Assembly: GCA_964291215.2 (NCBI GenBank)
Contig: OZ219791.1
Coordinates: 3,200,001-3,264,000, forward strand
DNA length: 64,000 bases
Direction: 5' to 3'
From: Alphaproteobacteria bacterium
GTDB taxonomy: Bacteria; Pseudomonadota; Alphaproteobacteria; MPNO01; UBA830
Both the position numbers and the translations under genes were made by a program. Shown here piece after piece: positions 39,989-50,202 of this stretch. The stretch's first letter is position 1. The number at the start of each line of letters is the position of its first letter. Under the pieces are notes generated by a model. The model was not told the DNA's origin, ran no database searches, and saw nothing but the letters and a program-made list of their open reading frames with translations.

Positions 39989-41299
39989 TCAGCCCATTGC
40001 GCCGATGGCAGTGGGCAGCCACAAAACAACGCCCGGAAAGGCAACCAGCAAGCTCAGGCGCATGAGGTCAGCCGCCAGGAACGGGACCGTACCGGCGAAC
40101 ACGGTGCGTAAGGGGAGGTTTGGCGCCATCTTGTGGAGCACAAAGACATTCATCCCGATCGGCGGCGTGATCAGGCCGATTTCGATCACCATCACGTTGA
40201 TGATGCCCCACCAGATTGGGTCGTATCCCAGACCGGTTACCAGCGGAAACACGAACGGTAACGTGATCACCATCGCCGATATGGTCTCGAACACCGCCCC
40301 TAGAATCAGGTACATCACGAGGATCGCGCAAATCACAAGGATTGGTACGATTCCAAGACCGCCGATCCAATTGACCAACGCTTCCGGCACCGTGGACGCC
40401 GTCAGGGCGAATGTGAAGATGGAGGCGCCAACGATAATCAGGAAGATCACAGCGGTCGCCCGGCCCGTTTCGACAAGAATGTCGAAAAGACCGTCGAACC
40501 GGCCATCGGTTCGCAATATCCAGATCAGGAAAGTAAACAGAGCGCCGACGGCGGCGGATTCCTCGACGGTGAAGATCCCCGAATAGATGCCGCCCATGAC
40601 CACAACCACCAGCGCCACGACGGGCCAGCTCTTCAAAACCTGTCTGCTCCGTTCTCTCCATGTCGCTCGTTGGCCGGCCGGACCGGCTGCCGGATCCAAC
40701 GTGACCACCAGTCGGATGGCCGCGAAATGAAACAGGACCGCGATCGCGCCGGGGACCAGCGCTGCGGCAAACAATGTCAGGACGAACTGTTCCGTCAGGT
40801 GACCGTAGACCACCATGACGATTGACGGCGGGATCAACATCCCAAGGGTGCCGCCGGCTGCGATGGATCCGGAAGCCAGCCGGCGCGAGTAATTTCGGGC
40901 AACCATCTCCGGCATCGCCACCTTGGTCATGGTCGCGGCTGTGGCGAGCGAGGAGCCGGAAACAGCACCGAAACCGGCGCAGGCGCCGATCGTTGCATAG
41001 GCCAGGCCGCCGGGGCGATGGCCCAGAAAGGCGTAGACGAGGCGGAACAGATCACCCGAAAGGCCCGCCGCACTCGCGAACGACCCCATCAGGATAAACA
41101 GCGGCAGAATGATCAGGTCGCGGTTGCTGAAGGTCGATGAAGGCTGGGTCGACAGCAGCGAAAGCGCAGCGTTCGGGTCGATTGCGAGAGCAACGCCGAT
41201 CAATCCCGACAATCCCATCGCGACGCCGATGGGTATGTGCAACGCGATCAGGACAAAGAGCAACGCAAAGGACAGGATGCCGATCGTGACGAGGTCCAC
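39989..41299 (-). CDS. dctM: TRAP transporter large permease
   Basis: Highly hydrophobic; LPLFILMG, GSSLATAA, AGGTLGMLIPPS, EIGLITPPIGMNVFV. Start at 41299 (GTG) or 41326. Confidence 0.93.
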   Translation of the reverse strand: MDLVTIGILSFALLFVLIALHIPIGVAMGLSGLIGVALAIDPNAALSLLSTQPSSTFSNRDLIILPLFILMGSFASAAGLSGDLFRLVYAFLGHRPGGLAYATIGACAGFGAVSGSSLATAATMTKVAMPEMVARNYSRRLASGSIAAGGTLGMLIPPSIVMVVYGHLTEQFVLTLFAAALVPGAIAVLFHFAAIRLVVTLDPAAGPAGQRATWRERSRQVLKSWPVVALVVVVMGGIYSGIFTVEESAAVGALFTFLIWILRTDGRFDGLFDILVETGRATAVIFLIIVGASIFTFALTASTVPEALVNWIGGLGIVPILVICAILVMYLILGAVFETISAMVITLPFVFPLVTGLGYDPIWWGIINVMVIEIGLITPPIGMNVFVLHKMAPNLPLRTVFAGTVPFLAADLMRLSLLVAFPGVVLWLPTAIGAMG

Positions 41300-41347
41300 T
41301 AGCGAACCTCGCAGGACGTGAGCCAATACCGGGTCACAAGACCGATC

Positions 41348-41884
41348 CTAGGCAATTTCGGCTCGCTCTTCGTCAGGCACGAACAGTTCGACAAGATGCG
41401 CCAGCGCGCTCAGCCCGATCAGGATTGTCGCCCCGTACCACCACGGGGCGACCGGCCATCCAAGGACTGAGAGTTGACGGTTTTCCTCCGCCATGTCGTG
41501 GCTGTGCAGCAAGAGGTAGTAGGTGATTGCCCCCATGAAAACGGTCATGGACAATGCCCCGGTCCAGTCGAAGATTTTTCGGGCGCGCGGACCGAGGACA
41601 TAGCCGGCGACCGGCAGGGAGACATGTGCAGTTGCACTGGATCCGGCGACGAAAGATGCAGCGGCTATCAGGATGATTACGGTGCCGGCGATATCCATCG
41701 CACCGTGTATCGGTTGCGAGAAGGACCAGCGCATCAACACATCGAACACCGTGACCAGGGCGACCAGGAACAGGCCGACCATCGCCGCGACGGCGGCCGT
41801 GCGGGTCAGAGATCGGTGGAACGACGCGAGCGGCCGAGCCTTTCCCGGACGCGCCGACGCAGCAGATTTGATATCATCCGCCAT
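41348..41884 (-). CDS. dctQ: TRAP transporter small permease
   Basis: Four hydrophobic segments, DVLMRW..QPIHGAMD; between dctP and dctM. Confidence 0.88.
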   Translation of the reverse strand: MADDIKSAASARPGKARPLASFHRSLTRTAAVAAMVGLFLVALVTVFDVLMRWSFSQPIHGAMDIAGTVIILIAAASFVAGSSATAHVSLPVAGYVLGPRARKIFDWTGALSMTVFMGAITYYLLLHSHDMAEENRQLSVLGWPVAPWWYGATILIGLSALAHLVELFVPDEERAEIA

Positions 41885-41987
41885 GAAGTGGAATCGTCAC
41901 CCGATTGCCTCGGCGACCGCCGGCCAATACCGGCGAGCGGGCGGCCTTCCCGCAGGACAAGCCGCTCCGTTTGCCGGGCCCCAAAGG

Positions 41988-42992
41988 TTAGTTGGTGCCA
42001 CGCACTTCCTTCAACGCCTTTTCATAGGCCTGCCAGCGCGCTTCTCCCACCGTCTTGCGCAGATCGGCATTGATCCCTGCAAAAGCTCTCTTCATCGCTG
42101 CCCGATCGGCGGCGGAAACCGGCGTGTAGGTGCTACCGTCGGCGGCCTTCACCTTGGCGATGGAGGCCGCGGTTGCCGTGTCCGAAGCCGCACCCTGCAA
42201 CCTGGACATTAGAGCAACGCCCTCCGGCACCAGCATCTTAGCCTTGTCCGGGAGCGCCTCGTAGACCTTCTTGTTCATCACCACCATGATCGGCAAGACG
42301 CCCAGCGAAGTGTGAAAGTGACTCTTGGTGACCTTGAGGATCTTGAACGTTTCGGCGGCGTTCCATTCCGAAACTGATCCATCGAGCAGGCCGCGGGAAA
42401 TGTTCTCGGCGATCTTGGTCACGCGCATGCCGACCGGCGTGGCACCAAGGGCCGTGACGATCCGGTTCTGCACCCGTCCGCCGGCACGGAGTTTCATGCC
42501 CTTCAGGTCTGCGATCGTCTTGACCGGCTTGACCGTATGGATAGAATAGGCACCGGTGCTGAAGACTCCCAAAACCTCGATCTTGTCCAGATTCCGGATC
42601 AGGTCGGCCTTGTACAGCTGCCACACCGCATAGGAACCCTCCGTTGAATTCCGCGCCAAGTTCGGCGCTTGGAAAAGGTCGAAATCCGGGAAGGTGCCCG
42701 GTGTGTAGCTGGGCACCACAAAGCCGATGTCCATGATGCCGGAACGCACCAGCTTGTACTGTTCGCGGGGGTTGCGGCCCAGCGTGCCGCCGAAGAAGAA
42801 TTTCACCTTGACCGCGCCCGCCGACTTTTCTTCGAACCACTTGGCCCAAGGCTTCAGAACCTTGCCAACCACATTGGCGCGTTCGCTGAAAAACACGCCG
42901 AAACGCACCTCCTTTGCCTCACCCATGGCCGCTGCCGGCGCGGTCGCGAAAAGCGCGGCGCCTAGGCCAACTGTTGCTAATACTCGTGTCAT
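41988..42992 (-). CDS. dctP: TRAP substrate-binding protein
   Basis: Signal peptide from ATG 42992; FFGGTLG, DLKGMKLRAGG, LGATPVGM. Confidence 0.9.
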   Translation of the reverse strand: MTRVLATVGLGAALFATAPAAAMGEAKEVRFGVFFSERANVVGKVLKPWAKWFEEKSAGAVKVKFFFGGTLGRNPREQYKLVRSGIMDIGFVVPSYTPGTFPDFDLFQAPNLARNSTEGSYAVWQLYKADLIRNLDKIEVLGVFSTGAYSIHTVKPVKTIADLKGMKLRAGGRVQNRIVTALGATPVGMRVTKIAENISRGLLDGSVSEWNAAETFKILKVTKSHFHTSLGVLPIMVVMNKKVYEALPDKAKMLVPEGVALMSRLQGAASDTATAASIAKVKAADGSTYTPVSAADRAAMKRAFAGINADLRKTVGEARWQAYEKALKEVRGTN

Positions 42993-43099
42993 GGTTTCTT
43001 CCCCATCGTTGGTATCGGGCGTTAGCATCGGACAGAAGCAATTGCACAGTTGGTTCGTTTGTGCAAGTTCAGGATTTGTCGGCAAGGCAGAGGAGAACC

Positions 43100-44308
43100 A
43101 TGAAGGCAATACTGGACGGCGTCAGGGTGCTCGATTTCGGCCATTTCATTGCGGGACCGTTTTGCGGCGCTCTGCTGGCCGACTTCGGCGCGGAGGTGAT
43201 CCGCGTGGAGAGGCCTCAAGGTGCGAACGACCGGTTCCTCGTGCCTCTGAGCGAACCGCCCGACATCGGTGGAGCCCTGTACCAGCAAGTCAACCGGAAC
43301 AAGCGCAGTCTGGCTCTCGACACCAATCAGCCTGAGGGGATTGCGGTCGTGACAGACCTGATCAGACAGGCCGATGTCGTCATCGCGAACTTTCCCGATC
43401 GCGTTCTACGAGCCCTGAAACTCGACTACGCGACACTGTCGGCAATCAAGCCGGATATCATCTTGTGTACCTGCAATGCGTATGGCGGCGTGGACAGTCT
43501 GTCGGACAAGCCGGGTTTTGATGGTGTTGGCCAAGCGCTTTCGGGCGCCATGGAGATGACGGGCGACCCGTCCGGTCCACGCAAGGCCTATGCTCATTAT
43601 GTCGACTTTTCGACCGCCGCACTCTCCGCTTTCGGCGTCGCCCTGTCGCTAATGAAACGCACCCAGACCGGAAAGGGCGATCATGTGCGGACATCGCTTC
43701 TCCACACGGCGCTTTCGATCATGAACTCCACGCTGATCGAAGCTTCCGTTACCGGTGTTGACCGGCGGGGAACCGGAAACCGAGCTCAGCTCGCCGGACC
43801 GGCCGACTGCTTCGCCACCAAGGACGGCCATATTCTGGTTCAGGTCGTAGGAGGATCCATGTTCCGGCGCATTGCAGACGTTGTGGGCCATCCCGAATGG
43901 CTGACGGACCGGCGATTTGCCACGGACGAAACGCGCGGCGAAAACGGCACTGTCCTGAGCGGTGCTGTCGCCGACTGGTGTCGCACCAAGACAACACGGG
44001 AATGCATTGCGGCGCTGGAAGCCGCCGGCCTGCCGGCGGCGCCGGTCGTCGCCCCGATTGACGTGATGGCCGATCCTGCCGTAGCAAGGCGCGGTTTCTT
44101 TTCGGACGTCTCGGTGCCGGGTGTTGCCAAACCGGTGCCGGTTGCCGGATCGCCGGTCGCGCTGGTTTCCGCCGACGCGTCGGAGCCCACCGTTGCTCCG
44201 GCGCTCGGCGCCCATTCCAGGGAAGTGCTGCAGGGTATCGGCTACGGAGATTCGGCCATTCAGGGGCTAATCGACCGGGGAGTTGTCCTGGCGTCCGACT
44301 CCGTCTGA
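43100..44308 (+). CDS. CaiB/BaiF family III CoA transferase
   Basis: GAGGAG RBS; LDGVRVLDF, AGPFCGALLADFGAEVIRVE, NRNKRSLALD, APALGAHS. Confidence 0.93.
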   Translation: MKAILDGVRVLDFGHFIAGPFCGALLADFGAEVIRVERPQGANDRFLVPLSEPPDIGGALYQQVNRNKRSLALDTNQPEGIAVVTDLIRQADVVIANFPDRVLRALKLDYATLSAIKPDIILCTCNAYGGVDSLSDKPGFDGVGQALSGAMEMTGDPSGPRKAYAHYVDFSTAALSAFGVALSLMKRTQTGKGDHVRTSLLHTALSIMNSTLIEASVTGVDRRGTGNRAQLAGPADCFATKDGHILVQVVGGSMFRRIADVVGHPEWLTDRRFATDETRGENGTVLSGAVADWCRTKTTRECIAALEAAGLPAAPVVAPIDVMADPAVARRGFFSDVSVPGVAKPVPVAGSPVALVSADASEPTVAPALGAHSREVLQGIGYGDSAIQGLIDRGVVLASDSV

Positions 44309-46005
44309 GTTAACCCTGCCTCGACAAAGACCAGTTTGCTGCGCACGATCTTGTTCAAGGGATTGCGCGGAAGCGCTGCGAGAATCTGCAAACGCTCGGG
44401 AAACTTGTACTGCGCCAATCCCTGCTCGGTGAGGAATTCGGCGAGGCTCTCCAGGCTGATCTCAGCCCCGTCTTCCGGTACGACATACGCGCAGACGCGT
44501 TCGCCCAACCGGCCGTCCGGATAGCCGGCCACGGCAGCGTCTTTCAGCAGTGGATGTTTAGACAGGACGGTATCCAACTCCACCGGTGAGATGTTCATGC
44601 CGCCCCGGATGATGATCTCGCGTTTGCGTCCGACGAATCGGTAGTAGCGCGGTCCGAATGCATCTTCCGCTATCTCGAACAGGTCGCCGGATGGATAGTA
44701 CCCCTCGTCGTCGAAGACATCGCGAATGACCATCCCTCTGCGGAAATATCCGGGAAAGACGGAAGGCCCCCGGATAATCAACTCGCCGGGCCGGCCGGGC
44801 TCATCGATTTCCGCGCCCGTCTCGACATCCAGCAGCTTGGTCTCGCTCCAGTTCATCGCTGGGTTTCGCCAGGTAAACCGACTGCGACCGGCGCGCGGAA
44901 AGAACCGGGCGCGAGCCTCCGGATCCCCAACGTCGTCAATACCCGACGTAAGCGAAACGCCCTCGTTGGAGCCGAAAAAATTGGTCACCGTGACGCCGAA
45001 CCCGCGTTCGAAAACCCTCATCATCCAGGCATCCGGCGGCGCCGAGCCGGTCCCAACGCCGTCCAGCTCGCTAAGGTCCAACGACGCCAGCAGTTCCGTG
45101 TCCCGGGCGATCTGGTTGAGCAGAGCGGGTGCCACCACCGTGTAATTGATACGCTCGGTCTGGATCTGATCCAGAAAGCCGTCGAGATCGAAAGGATGGT
45201 GCAGGACAAATGTGCCGCCCGTAATCAGCCATGGCATCCAGATTCCGCCGATGGATGCCATGTTGACCGTCGGAAACGGGTTCAGCAGACGACACCCATC
45301 CCGTAGCCGTCCTCCCACGACGATTCCCTTGCCGGTGGTCATCCAGTTGTTGTGCGTGCGCGGTACCCCCTTCGGCTTCGCTTCGGTACCGGAGGTCCAG
45401 CAAACCGAAAAAATCTCGTCCGGAGATACCCGAGCAGCCTTGCCGATCTCCGCTTCGCGGCCTTGCACACCCTCCGCCAGCCGTGCTTCCAGATCGATCG
45501 CGCCTGGATTTTGGCTGCGCCCCCACGCATAGACCCGCGACGGTGGGCTGGAGAGCCCGGTCAGAAAGAACGCGACGTGATCGAAGCCCTTGAAGTTCGG
45601 CGTTGTGAAACAGGCCGCGGCGCCCGATGTCTCTAGGATGTCGGCAATTTCCTTGTGCCGGTATTGAATCGGAATCGGGCTGATGACCAGACCGAGTTTG
45701 GCCGCGGCCAAATACAATTCGATCTGCTCCGCGACGTTTGGCAATTGCACGACAATAACGTCATCTTTCTCAAGGCCATCCGCTGTCAGGATTGCGGCCA
45801 GCCGGTCTGCCGACTCGGCCAGGTCCCGATAGGTCAATCGCTTCGGCGTTCCGGTGGTGAAGGTTGGCCGGCGCGGATCGTCGATGACAGCATCGCGGTC
45901 CGGCGTCGCATGGCAATTTGCGATGAAGCGTTGCCAGACGGTCTCGTCGCCCCAGGCACCCAATGCTCTGTATCGCTCGATCACATCCGGCGGAAACGGT
46001 GTCAT
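44260..46005 (-). CDS. AMP-forming acyl-CoA ligase
   Basis: WTSGTEAKPKGV, FFGSNEG, YPSGDL, GRKREIIIRGGMNISP, LPRNPLNKI. Confidence 0.93.
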   Translation of the reverse strand: MTPFPPDVIERYRALGAWGDETVWQRFIANCHATPDRDAVIDDPRRPTFTTGTPKRLTYRDLAESADRLAAILTADGLEKDDVIVVQLPNVAEQIELYLAAAKLGLVISPIPIQYRHKEIADILETSGAAACFTTPNFKGFDHVAFFLTGLSSPPSRVYAWGRSQNPGAIDLEARLAEGVQGREAEIGKAARVSPDEIFSVCWTSGTEAKPKGVPRTHNNWMTTGKGIVVGGRLRDGCRLLNPFPTVNMASIGGIWMPWLITGGTFVLHHPFDLDGFLDQIQTERINYTVVAPALLNQIARDTELLASLDLSELDGVGTGSAPPDAWMMRVFERGFGVTVTNFFGSNEGVSLTSGIDDVGDPEARARFFPRAGRSRFTWRNPAMNWSETKLLDVETGAEIDEPGRPGELIIRGPSVFPGYFRRGMVIRDVFDDEGYYPSGDLFEIAEDAFGPRYYRFVGRKREIIIRGGMNISPVELDTVLSKHPLLKDAAVAGYPDGRLGERVCAYVVPEDGAEISLESLAEFLTEQGLAQYKFPERLQILAALPRNPLNKIVRSKLVFVEAGLTQTESDARTTPRSISP

Positions 46006-46064
46006 CGACAGTTCTCTGAAATCGGTCCTTTCACGACAAGCGTCCGGCGGATCGCGGAGCCCGT

Positions 46065-47006
46065 TCAGACGGACTGAGCATATTCGGACTTGAAGCGGGC
46101 AACCAGATCCCGAACGGGCAGCGTGCCGTCAATCGCACCGACGCCCTGGCCTGCCGACCAGATGCCTGTCCAAGGCTTCACTTCCATGTCCTTCTGCCCG
46201 GTGAAGTTCATTTTCGCTTTCTTGTCGATGAGGTCGTCCGGATTGATCCCCTGGGCTTCGATGCTGGGCCGCAACATGTTGGCGTTCGCGCCCGTGAAAG
46301 CCTTGGTCACGACCAGATCCTGCGCGTTGCATTCAGCGAGCAGTTGCTGATGCTGCGGATCGGCCAGGCTTTCCTCCGTGGCGATGAAGCTGGTGCCGAC
46401 ATAGGCGAAGTCGGCGCCGAGAACCTCACACGCCCGAACCGCATTTCCTGTCGCGATTCCGCCAGCAAGCGCAATGTAGCCATCCCAGAACCGGCGCACT
46501 TCGTCGACGAATGCGAAATGGCAAAGGTCGCCCGTGTGACCGCCGGCGCCGGCGCATACGAGCACGAGGCCGTCAACGCCGGCGCTTGCGGCCTTCCGCG
46601 CGAGCGGTACGCTGTTCACGTCCGCAAACACCAAACCGCCATAGCCGTGGACATCGGCGACCACGCGCTTCGGGCTTCCCAATGCGGTAATGACGATCGG
46701 CGCCCGATACTGAACGACCAGTTCAAGGTCTTCGGGCAGACGTGCATTGGTCGAATGAACCACGAGGTTGGCGGCCCAGGGCGCAATGGGCGTCTCGGGA
46801 TCTTCAGCCTGCGCCCCGGCAAGCCTGCCGGTGATCTCCTTCAGCCATCGTTCCAAGTTGTCGACGGTTCGGCAATTGGGCGTCGGAAAGGTGCCGACGA
46901 CGCCGGCGCGGCAGGCCTCGACAACGAGGTCGGGTCCCGAGACGAGAAACATCGGCGCTACGAACATGGGCAACGAGAGTAATTTCAGTGCCTCCGCAGG
47001 AGTCAT
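46065..47006 (-). CDS. Nitronate monooxygenase family flavoprotein
   Basis: APMFLVS, GAGGHTG, LAGGIATG, YVGTSFIATEES, WSAGQGVG. Confidence 0.9.
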   Translation of the reverse strand: MTPAEALKLLSLPMFVAPMFLVSGPDLVVEACRAGVVGTFPTPNCRTVDNLERWLKEITGRLAGAQAEDPETPIAPWAANLVVHSTNARLPEDLELVVQYRAPIVITALGSPKRVVADVHGYGGLVFADVNSVPLARKAASAGVDGLVLVCAGAGGHTGDLCHFAFVDEVRRFWDGYIALAGGIATGNAVRACEVLGADFAYVGTSFIATEESLADPQHQQLLAECNAQDLVVTKAFTGANANMLRPSIEAQGINPDDLIDKKAKMNFTGQKDMEVKPWTGIWSAGQGVGAIDGTLPVRDLVARFKSEYAQSV

Positions 47007-47008
47007 GG

Positions 47009-48559
47009 TCAGGCCCAACCCAGATCTTCGCCTCGTACCCATGTCGTGTGGAACCCCAACGGGATGCGCTGCGGAATCTTGATTCGCGCGATCGGGCCAT
47101 CACCTGGACTTTGAGCGTCGAACAGATGGCATTCGGATTGCCAGGTTGCCGTATCGGTGACGAAGGTGACAACATACCCGTCGTCCTCCCGGTCGTTCAC
47201 CGTCGCCCCGATTTTTGGCGCGAAAGGCGCCTCGTTTCCGTAGCAGCCCTCACCGTAATCCCAGCGTTCGCAAGATCCGGTCTCGGTATCGTATTTCACC
47301 AAACCGTCGAAGGTTTGGCAGTGACCGGTTACGCTGCCTGGTGCGTGGTCCATCGGCGGGATGAACTGGTTGTAGGAATAGCGCGATTTCAATCCTGCAT
47401 AGAGCGGATTGATCGTCGGGAATTCCGTGTTCAGTTCGTCGATCCGGTGCTCGCGGGTTTCGCCGGTCTTCAGGTTGAAGCGCCAGCGATGCAGCATATG
47501 AATGCGCTGGCGGAGCGACAGCATGGAGGCCAAGCCTTCGTTCCCCGGATCGCGCTCGTAGCTGGGGTCAGGCTGACGACAGCCGTCCATGACGATCCAG
47601 TCGCCCTCTTCCCAACAATTGACGATGTGCAGGATGTAGCAGGGGTCGGCCTCGAACCACCGGACCTCGTCGCTCCGGCCATAGCGCGGAATGATACCGA
47701 AACGCGCTGGCAGATCCGGATGGAAGCGCACTTGGCGCTTGTTCGCCGTATCCAGCACATCGACATCCTGGAAGAAGGGCAGATCGTGGAGGATGGAGTA
47801 GTTCTCCGTCATCCCGATATCGTGGGGCGAACGCGGGCCGGGAATATCGACCGGCACTTCGTGGATCAGTTCGCCGGTCGGGCTGCCGACGCCATATGTC
47901 ATGTAAGGCGCCTCGTTACCGTAGTTGAACATGATCAGTTCGCCGGTCCGCGGATCGGTCTTGGAATGCGCAGACAGCGTATGTCGCAGTTTGCCGCCAA
48001 AATCTTCGGCGCCGCGCGTCTTCAGTGTGAGCGGATCAATCTCGTAGGGGACACCTGCGAGGTACCACAGACTCAGCAGCTTTCCGTTGTAGAAGATGAC
48101 GTCGGTGTTGGAATTGTCCTTGATCGGCGAATGGGGCAGCGAGAAATCGAAAGGACCTGCCAGGCCGGGCCAGATGTTGCGCCCCTCCTCCTCCTCGCGG
48201 CGAAAAGCGAATGTATGGATCCAGCGCGACACGTAAGACGCTTTGCCATCTCGGAAATAGATGGCGTGGAGCATTCCGTCACCGTCGTAGTAATGATACT
48301 TGGTCTCTGGTTTGAAGCGCTGGTTCGGCCCGTTCCGCACATAGGCGCCGACCAGACTGTCCGGTAGTTCGCCTTCGACTTCGAGCATATCGGCCGACAT
48401 CTCGGTCGTGATAGGTGCAAAGACGCCGTGCAGATACGGGTGATCGACGTCCCAGATCCAATCCGGCGTGTCTGTTGGCGGAGTCCCCGCAGCGCCGAGC
48501 GCTTCGACATTGCGAACGGTGATCGGCAATCTGGCTAGCCTTTGCCGGACGGATGTCAT
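47009..48559 (-). CDS. Carotenoid oxygenase / lignostilbene dioxygenase family (RPE65) protein
   Basis: YVRNGPN, HYYDGDGMLH; four Fe-ligand His in SAHSKTD, PHDIGMT, ILHIVN, GFHTTW; EFPTIN, EAPFAP. Confidence 0.93.
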   Translation of the reverse strand: MTSVRQRLARLPITVRNVEALGAAGTPPTDTPDWIWDVDHPYLHGVFAPITTEMSADMLEVEGELPDSLVGAYVRNGPNQRFKPETKYHYYDGDGMLHAIYFRDGKASYVSRWIHTFAFRREEEEGRNIWPGLAGPFDFSLPHSPIKDNSNTDVIFYNGKLLSLWYLAGVPYEIDPLTLKTRGAEDFGGKLRHTLSAHSKTDPRTGELIMFNYGNEAPYMTYGVGSPTGELIHEVPVDIPGPRSPHDIGMTENYSILHDLPFFQDVDVLDTANKRQVRFHPDLPARFGIIPRYGRSDEVRWFEADPCYILHIVNCWEEGDWIVMDGCRQPDPSYERDPGNEGLASMLSLRQRIHMLHRWRFNLKTGETREHRIDELNTEFPTINPLYAGLKSRYSYNQFIPPMDHAPGSVTGHCQTFDGLVKYDTETGSCERWDYGEGCYGNEAPFAPKIGATVNDREDDGYVVTFVTDTATWQSECHLFDAQSPGDGPIARIKIPQRIPLGFHTTWVRGEDLGWA

Positions 48560-48751
48560 CGTAGTCGAACCTCGGTGGCGGACTGCAGAGTGCGCTCATC
48601 GCAAAGCGGAACCGCGTTTTGCGGCGCGCACAATCGGTTGGAGCACCTTTTAACTTTCATTATTAGACTTGCTAAATGTCAACCGGGAGAGTGCTGTTGT
48701 CAACCGTCCCCGCGAGTGTCGGCACCTTGTATTGACTTGAGGAGAAGCGAA

Positions 48752-49459
48752 TTGTCGAGACAGCCGGAACTGCCATGGATTTTGCTGCCGGGATTGCTTT
48801 GCGATCGCGAGTCCTGGAGCCCGCTCCGTTCCGCGGTGCGGGATGTGTCGGCAATCTGTCCGACCTATCCGGAGGCGTTCGCCGTCGCCGAGATCGCCTC
48901 GACAGTTCTTGAAGCGGCGCCGGAAAGGTTCTTGGTCGCCGGCCACTCAATGGGCGGCTATATCGCTTTCGAGATGCTCCGCCAAGCGCCGGAGAGATGC
49001 GCCGGCCTGTTGCTGATCTCCACGCAGGCAGAAGCGGACACGCCCGAACAGTCGGTGGCGCGGCGGGAGCTGGGCGACCGCGCCCGGCGCGAGGGCCTGG
49101 ACGGAATCGCTGAGTTCATGTCTAATCTGTGTATTCCCAAGACGAGCAACCGCGCCACAGCGCTCCGGCGGCGATTTGCGGCGATGGCGCACCGTTATGG
49201 CGTGGACGCTTTCGCCGCGCATCAGGAAGCCATAGCCGGCCGCCCGTCGAGCGTGCCGGACCTTCCGGGCATAGGCATACCGACGGTCCTGGTCGGCACC
49301 GCCGATGACAGGATCGTGCCGCCGCATCGCACGTTCGCCATGACCGACGCCCTGCCGGCCGCCCAGACTTTGAGGCTCGATACCGGCGGTCATTTGCCGA
49401 TGTGGACGCAGGGCGAAGATTGTATCGATGCTGTACATCTGCTATCGGATAAACTGTAA
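48752..49459 (+). CDS. Alpha/beta hydrolase
   Basis: TTG start after GAGGAG; LPGLLCD, GHSMGG nucleophile elbow, GTADD, GHLP. Confidence 0.88.
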   Translation: MSRQPELPWILLPGLLCDRESWSPLRSAVRDVSAICPTYPEAFAVAEIASTVLEAAPERFLVAGHSMGGYIAFEMLRQAPERCAGLLLISTQAEADTPEQSVARRELGDRARREGLDGIAEFMSNLCIPKTSNRATALRRRFAAMAHRYGVDAFAAHQEAIAGRPSSVPDLPGIGIPTVLVGTADDRIVPPHRTFAMTDALPAAQTLRLDTGGHLPMWTQGEDCIDAVHLLSDKL

Positions 49460-50069
49460 GCGTTCGTTCGTGCGGTGATCACGATCTGCGCCGAGCTTTG
49501 TTTTGGCGATTGGTAACTGCTCACCTCCTGGTTCCGGCTTGATGTCGGGGTAGAGCAACGAACGGGTTTTCGTGGAGATTTGACACGGCAGACCGATTCG
49601 TTTAGTTGTGGTCATCGAGAACGATGAGGACCGCCGGTGGGCTACTTTGGATGTGAGCGTTCGTTCGTGCGGTGAGGTGTTGTTGTTCTCGTCCGTTTGA
49701 CGGGCTTTTGTCAGGGAGTTCCAGCGTCATCCGGAGCGGTTTCGTGCACCGGGATGCGCGGTTAGGTTGGGCGGGCACTGGCCAAGGCTCTTCTTTTGTC
49801 CGGTTCCGTCCAACGAGGGAGCGTTGTAGGCAGATCTGGAGGTCCATTCGGGGGCGGATTTCGTTGTCGATATGCCGGTTCCGACCTTGAGAAGGTGCCA
49901 CCAGCTTCAAGAACGGCCACTCTGACACGGTTGTCCGCCGCCGATCGCGACAACAGAATGGTCCTGGGGATCATCGTGCCCGCGTTGCCCCACCCGTTGC
50001 GCCGTGCTAGGTACTTCGGCGGTGCGGAGGCGGACCCGGTTGCAGAGGGCCCCCGCCCGCTGTATCAAC

Positions 50070-50202
50070 TACTAATCCCACACGCGGGGCTGCGGGCCGC
50101 AACCGTCCGGTTGATGGTCCGTTCCGGTATCGGGAAGGCACCGGCAACGAGCCGGTGTTCCCGGTGTTTCCTGCGGAGGTCCAACCGGAAAAGGAAACCG
50201 AC
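50070..50202 (+). promoter_or_regulatory. Probable rpsB 5' leader (autogenous regulation)
   Basis: CCCACACGC...GCGGAGG..AACCGG bracket upstream of rpsB, as in proteobacterial rpsB leaders; recognised by eye only. Confidence 0.5.

Noticed and set aside
44260-44308. 49-bp convergent overlap of the CoA transferase and CoA ligase genes
   Set aside because: Short 3' overlaps are common in GC-rich genomes.
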